NCBI GenBank assembly: GCA_030390025.1
Contig: CM059432.1
Location: forward strand, 48,548,001-48,612,000
Length of the DNA: 64,000 nt
Origin: Squalus acanthias
Lineage: Eukaryota
Direction of reading: 5' to 3'
The first letter of the stretch is position 1, and every line of letters begins with the position of its first letter. Positions 61,006 to 64,000 of the stretch are shown here, piece after piece. The position numbers were made by a program, and so were the translations under genes. The notes beneath the pieces were generated by a model. That model was not told the origin of the DNA. It saw only the letters and a program-made list of their open reading frames with translations, and did no database searches.

Positions 61006-63076
61006 TAAGAACATAAGAATTAGGAGCAGGAATAGGCCACATGGCCTGTAGGGGGTGGTGTGTGGTGTCAGCCTTCACCTCTGACTCAGTGAGCGGTTCG
61101 AATCGCTCCCACGCCCCTGGTTCTAGACTTTGGACTTATTTAGGGGTTGTGAACAAAGATGCAGTAGACAACAGGTTTTGATGAAAGAGTTTTGACTTTA
61201 TTAAAAGGAAAAAGGTAACAAACTTAAAACACACTTAGATGCTTAAACACAGGTTGGGGAACACACGGTACAGGCGAGGGAGAATGACAATATACAAAAA
61301 ACCTTATCCCTCCCAATCCCACTGTCTAGCTAGGTTTCAATTTCAAAGGATCAGGGATAATGCTCACCAATGACAGTTCTTGACAGTTGAGGTATTTCGC
61401 GATTTCGGGGTTCACTGAGGTTTTTGGTTGTTGGGACCTGCCGTACCCCAGACGTGGTGGAAGACTTCAGCTGCACTCCAGGTCAGTTTGGGTCTGTCCG
61501 CTGATGTGGTAAGGTGTGCTTTGTATACTATCAGGTGAATACCCGATTTTCTTCCTTAGAAGTAGGGTTTAGAGTTTTTTAAGGGAAAATCTTACCCAGG
61601 GGTAAGTCAGGAATAGTTTGTAGAGTGTAAACTTGCGTGTCTTCAGTTTTTCCCTGGTGTTGGTCTGGTTCTTGGTTGTGGTTGCCTGGTGGTTGGTGGT
61701 TGCGCGGGGCCTTAGTTTCCGCGGGACTTTCAAGTGTCGGTTCACCTCGTGGAGCCCTTGGTGGCTCTGGTTGTTGGTTTGTTGCGTTGGAGGCCTGTCG
61801 GGGCGGTACCTCCTGGAGCTGGACCGTGGATTGAGCGATGCTGACTCGCTCCCAGCTTCCAGTGGCCTTGGCTAGTACCTACTAGAGCTGGACTGTATGT
61901 TGAGCGATGCCAACTCGCTCCCAGCTCGTGGTCTCAGTTCTAGCCCTTGCCTGGCCTTGTCTGTCCCTGCCTCCGATCTCGCCTCGGGTCTGCCTCGTGC
62001 CCTTGCTGCTTCTTTCCTCCTCCTGCTCGTGGCTTGTGGCTTGTGGTGTCTTGCTGGAACCTGCTGCAACTCACTTTCTTGGGGGATTAGGCCCCCAATT
62101 ATACTGTTCAGGCCCTTTGTCTTTTTCGCGCCCAAAACCCCTTTACTAAATCGGTTTTGTGTTGGAGTGATTTAGGTTTCAGCTGAGGTCTGTTCATTCC
62201 ATTGTCTTAGGTTTTGGCGGGCTTGTTAAGTTTTGATGACTTTAACTTGGTGTTAAATTGTCCTGATGGCTTCCGATGTCTCCCATTTAGGCAGGGCCTT
62301 TATCTACGCGCCAAATCTTGTCCCTTTTATCTTAGGTTTTTGGCGGGCTTGTTAATCTGTCCCTGTAGATACTTGGCTGATTGGTTTTTGATGAAGTAAT
62401 GGGTGTACTAGATGTTTTATTGTTTTCAGGCTTCTGGCATCCTGTTTGGGCCTGGGAATTTCAAAAGGGGTCTTGGATTATTCATATTTGGATGTGTATG
62501 TGAGGTTTTGGGTTTGTCTCTTCCTCCTTGGTTGGATTGCAGTGCAAACAATTCCCAGACAGCTTGACTGGGCCCCAATACCCAAAGCTGTCCACTGCCT
62601 TGCCATACCTCTCCGCAGCCTGTCTTGTGTCTGTGAAAGGTGTCTTTCCCAACAGTAAGATCCAAAAGTCATTTTCCTCAGGGTTTTTCTTCCCTGATCT
62701 TTAAAATGTCCAAAACTGAGGGTTTTTTTTTACCTCAAATCACTTCACTTAGGTCCCAACGTCCCAAATTTGTATGAAAAATCCAAAAATCACCCCCTTT
62801 AGGGTTCTGTTCGAGTTTCTGGGGGATTTTGCGAAGCCTACAGGCCCTTCAAGCCTGCTCCACTATTCAATAAAATCATGGCTGATCTTTGAACTCAACT
62901 CCACTTTCCCGCCCGATCCCCATATCCCTGATTCCTAGAGTCAATAAATCTATCTATCTCAGCCTTGAATAAACTCAATGACTCAGCATCCACAGCCCTT
63001 TCGGGTAGAGAATTCCAAAGATTCACAACCCTCAGAGTGAAGAAATTCCTCCTCATCTCGGCCTTAAATGGCCGAC
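61006..63076 (-). mobile_element. CR1 3' end fragment split by a solo LTR
   Basis: Tail aagaacataagaattaggagcagg; resumes ggcccttcaagcctgctcc at 62843. Confidence 0.82.
61047..62842 (-). mobile_element. Solo LTR, 1796 bp
   Basis: Ends TGTAGG...CCTACA; 4-bp TSD GGCC (61043-61046, 62843-62846); AATAAA on minus at 61197-61202; internal direct repeats at 61831/61900 and 62206/62331. Confidence 0.8.
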
Positions 63077-63337
63077 AGTGAGAGTTAGAAACAATACAGA
63101 GTCAGGTAGGATCATAGAAAATACAGAGGTCTAAGTTAGGTTTGGAGTTCTTAGTAATTAGGTATCCAAAATATATGTGACTATGCGAATAATACTGTAC
63201 TTAGATGATTGTATTAGAACTTAAGACAAAAAGCCTCTTCAGACTGTTGTTAGAATAATTGGATAGATGCTTAGAATTTGCTTATGTTCTTGGTTCCCTG
63301 TGGATGTTATAACATTCTGCACCGTGGCGGTGAACTT

Positions 63338-64000
63338 GGGCTGGATTTTATCAATGGGGACGCGTTGGGGGCGGAACTGCTGGTTGTCGGGTTTCAGTCC
63401 AGCCCCCAACGACGTCCTGCCAACCCACGCTATTTTCCCTTGATTGACCTTGTTAAGCCTGCCCTGCGGACTTAGCAGGCCAATTAAGGGAAAGCTGGTG
63501 ACAGAGGACGTCAGCGTATGACGTTTCATCTGTCAAAAATTTTGTTGTCTCACCAAACCTCTTTCCTCAGCAGAAATCAGATGGCTGCTGCATCAGAGAA
63601 TGCAGCAGCCATTCTGTCATCTCTGCCGTGGAGATGAGGAGCCTCCGGATCCCCATGGGTTGAAGCCTGCAGGAAGAAGCAAAGGTAAGTAAACTTTTTC
63701 TAACACTTTTCACTCACCTCCCATACTTACCTCTCCACACTTGCACCCATCACTCACCTCCACAGTGGACTTTTCGACCCCTCTCACCCCCGCAGACCCA
63801 CTGCTCGCCTCGCTGACCCTGGCGAGGTTCGCAGCCATCGGGAAGCCCGCACTCGTGTAGGTAAAATGGGGATAAGCTGCAAAACTGCCTGTTAACTACC
63901 TGTTAACAGACAGTTAATTGGCTGTAATCCCCTTCCCGCCTCGAGGAGACGGGTCCCAGCAGCGAGTCGGGGACCCGCCTCCCGGGAAGATGGCATGGAG
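63338..64000. mobile_element. Left part of another Harbinger-type MITE/transposon running off the window
   Basis: Starts GGGCTGGATTTT like family B; GC-rich subterminus, tgacgtca-like motifs; partner TIR not visible. Confidence 0.5.

Noticed and set aside
61090..61108. T-loop-like hairpin GAGCGGTTCGAATCGCTC in the LTR
   Set aside because: An isolated short hairpin with no other tRNA arms; insufficient for an RNA gene.
1..64000. CRISPR arrays, rRNA genes, prokaryotic operons
   Set aside because: No repeat-spacer arrays or rRNA signatures; content is vertebrate repeat DNA.

Overview
Eukaryotic, repeat-saturated vertebrate DNA, most consistent with a cartilaginous fish (shark-type CR1/L2 LINEs, Deu-type tRNA SINEs, Neptune-type Penelope elements); the organism is an inference. 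The only host coding sequence I can support is the last exon of an SLC7 amino-acid transporter (SLC7A13-like, minus strand, 23736-23978), so about 24-64 kb is probably intronic. The rest is a deeply nested transposon stack. It holds a near-intact Penelope-like element with a 585-bp inverted pLTR, two shorter related inserts (all three with minimal hammerhead ribozyme motifs), three near full-length CR1s with many fragments, a Tx1 fragment, an LTR-less Gypsy piece, a 1.8-kb solo LTR, three two-gene PIF/Harbinger elements (transposase plus spliced Myb/SANT gene), at least three MITE families, a 1.9-kb tandem duplication and two long C/T tracts. The most notable points are (i) Harbinger/MITE insertions share a CWC-WWW-GWG-like target that CR1 3' microsatellite tails match, (ii) a perfect palindromic mini-Penelope centred on a hammerhead core, with reproducible asymmetric ends across independent Penelope insertions, and (iii) a CR1/Gypsy chimera. 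All alignments were done by eye, and boundaries marked ~ are approximate.
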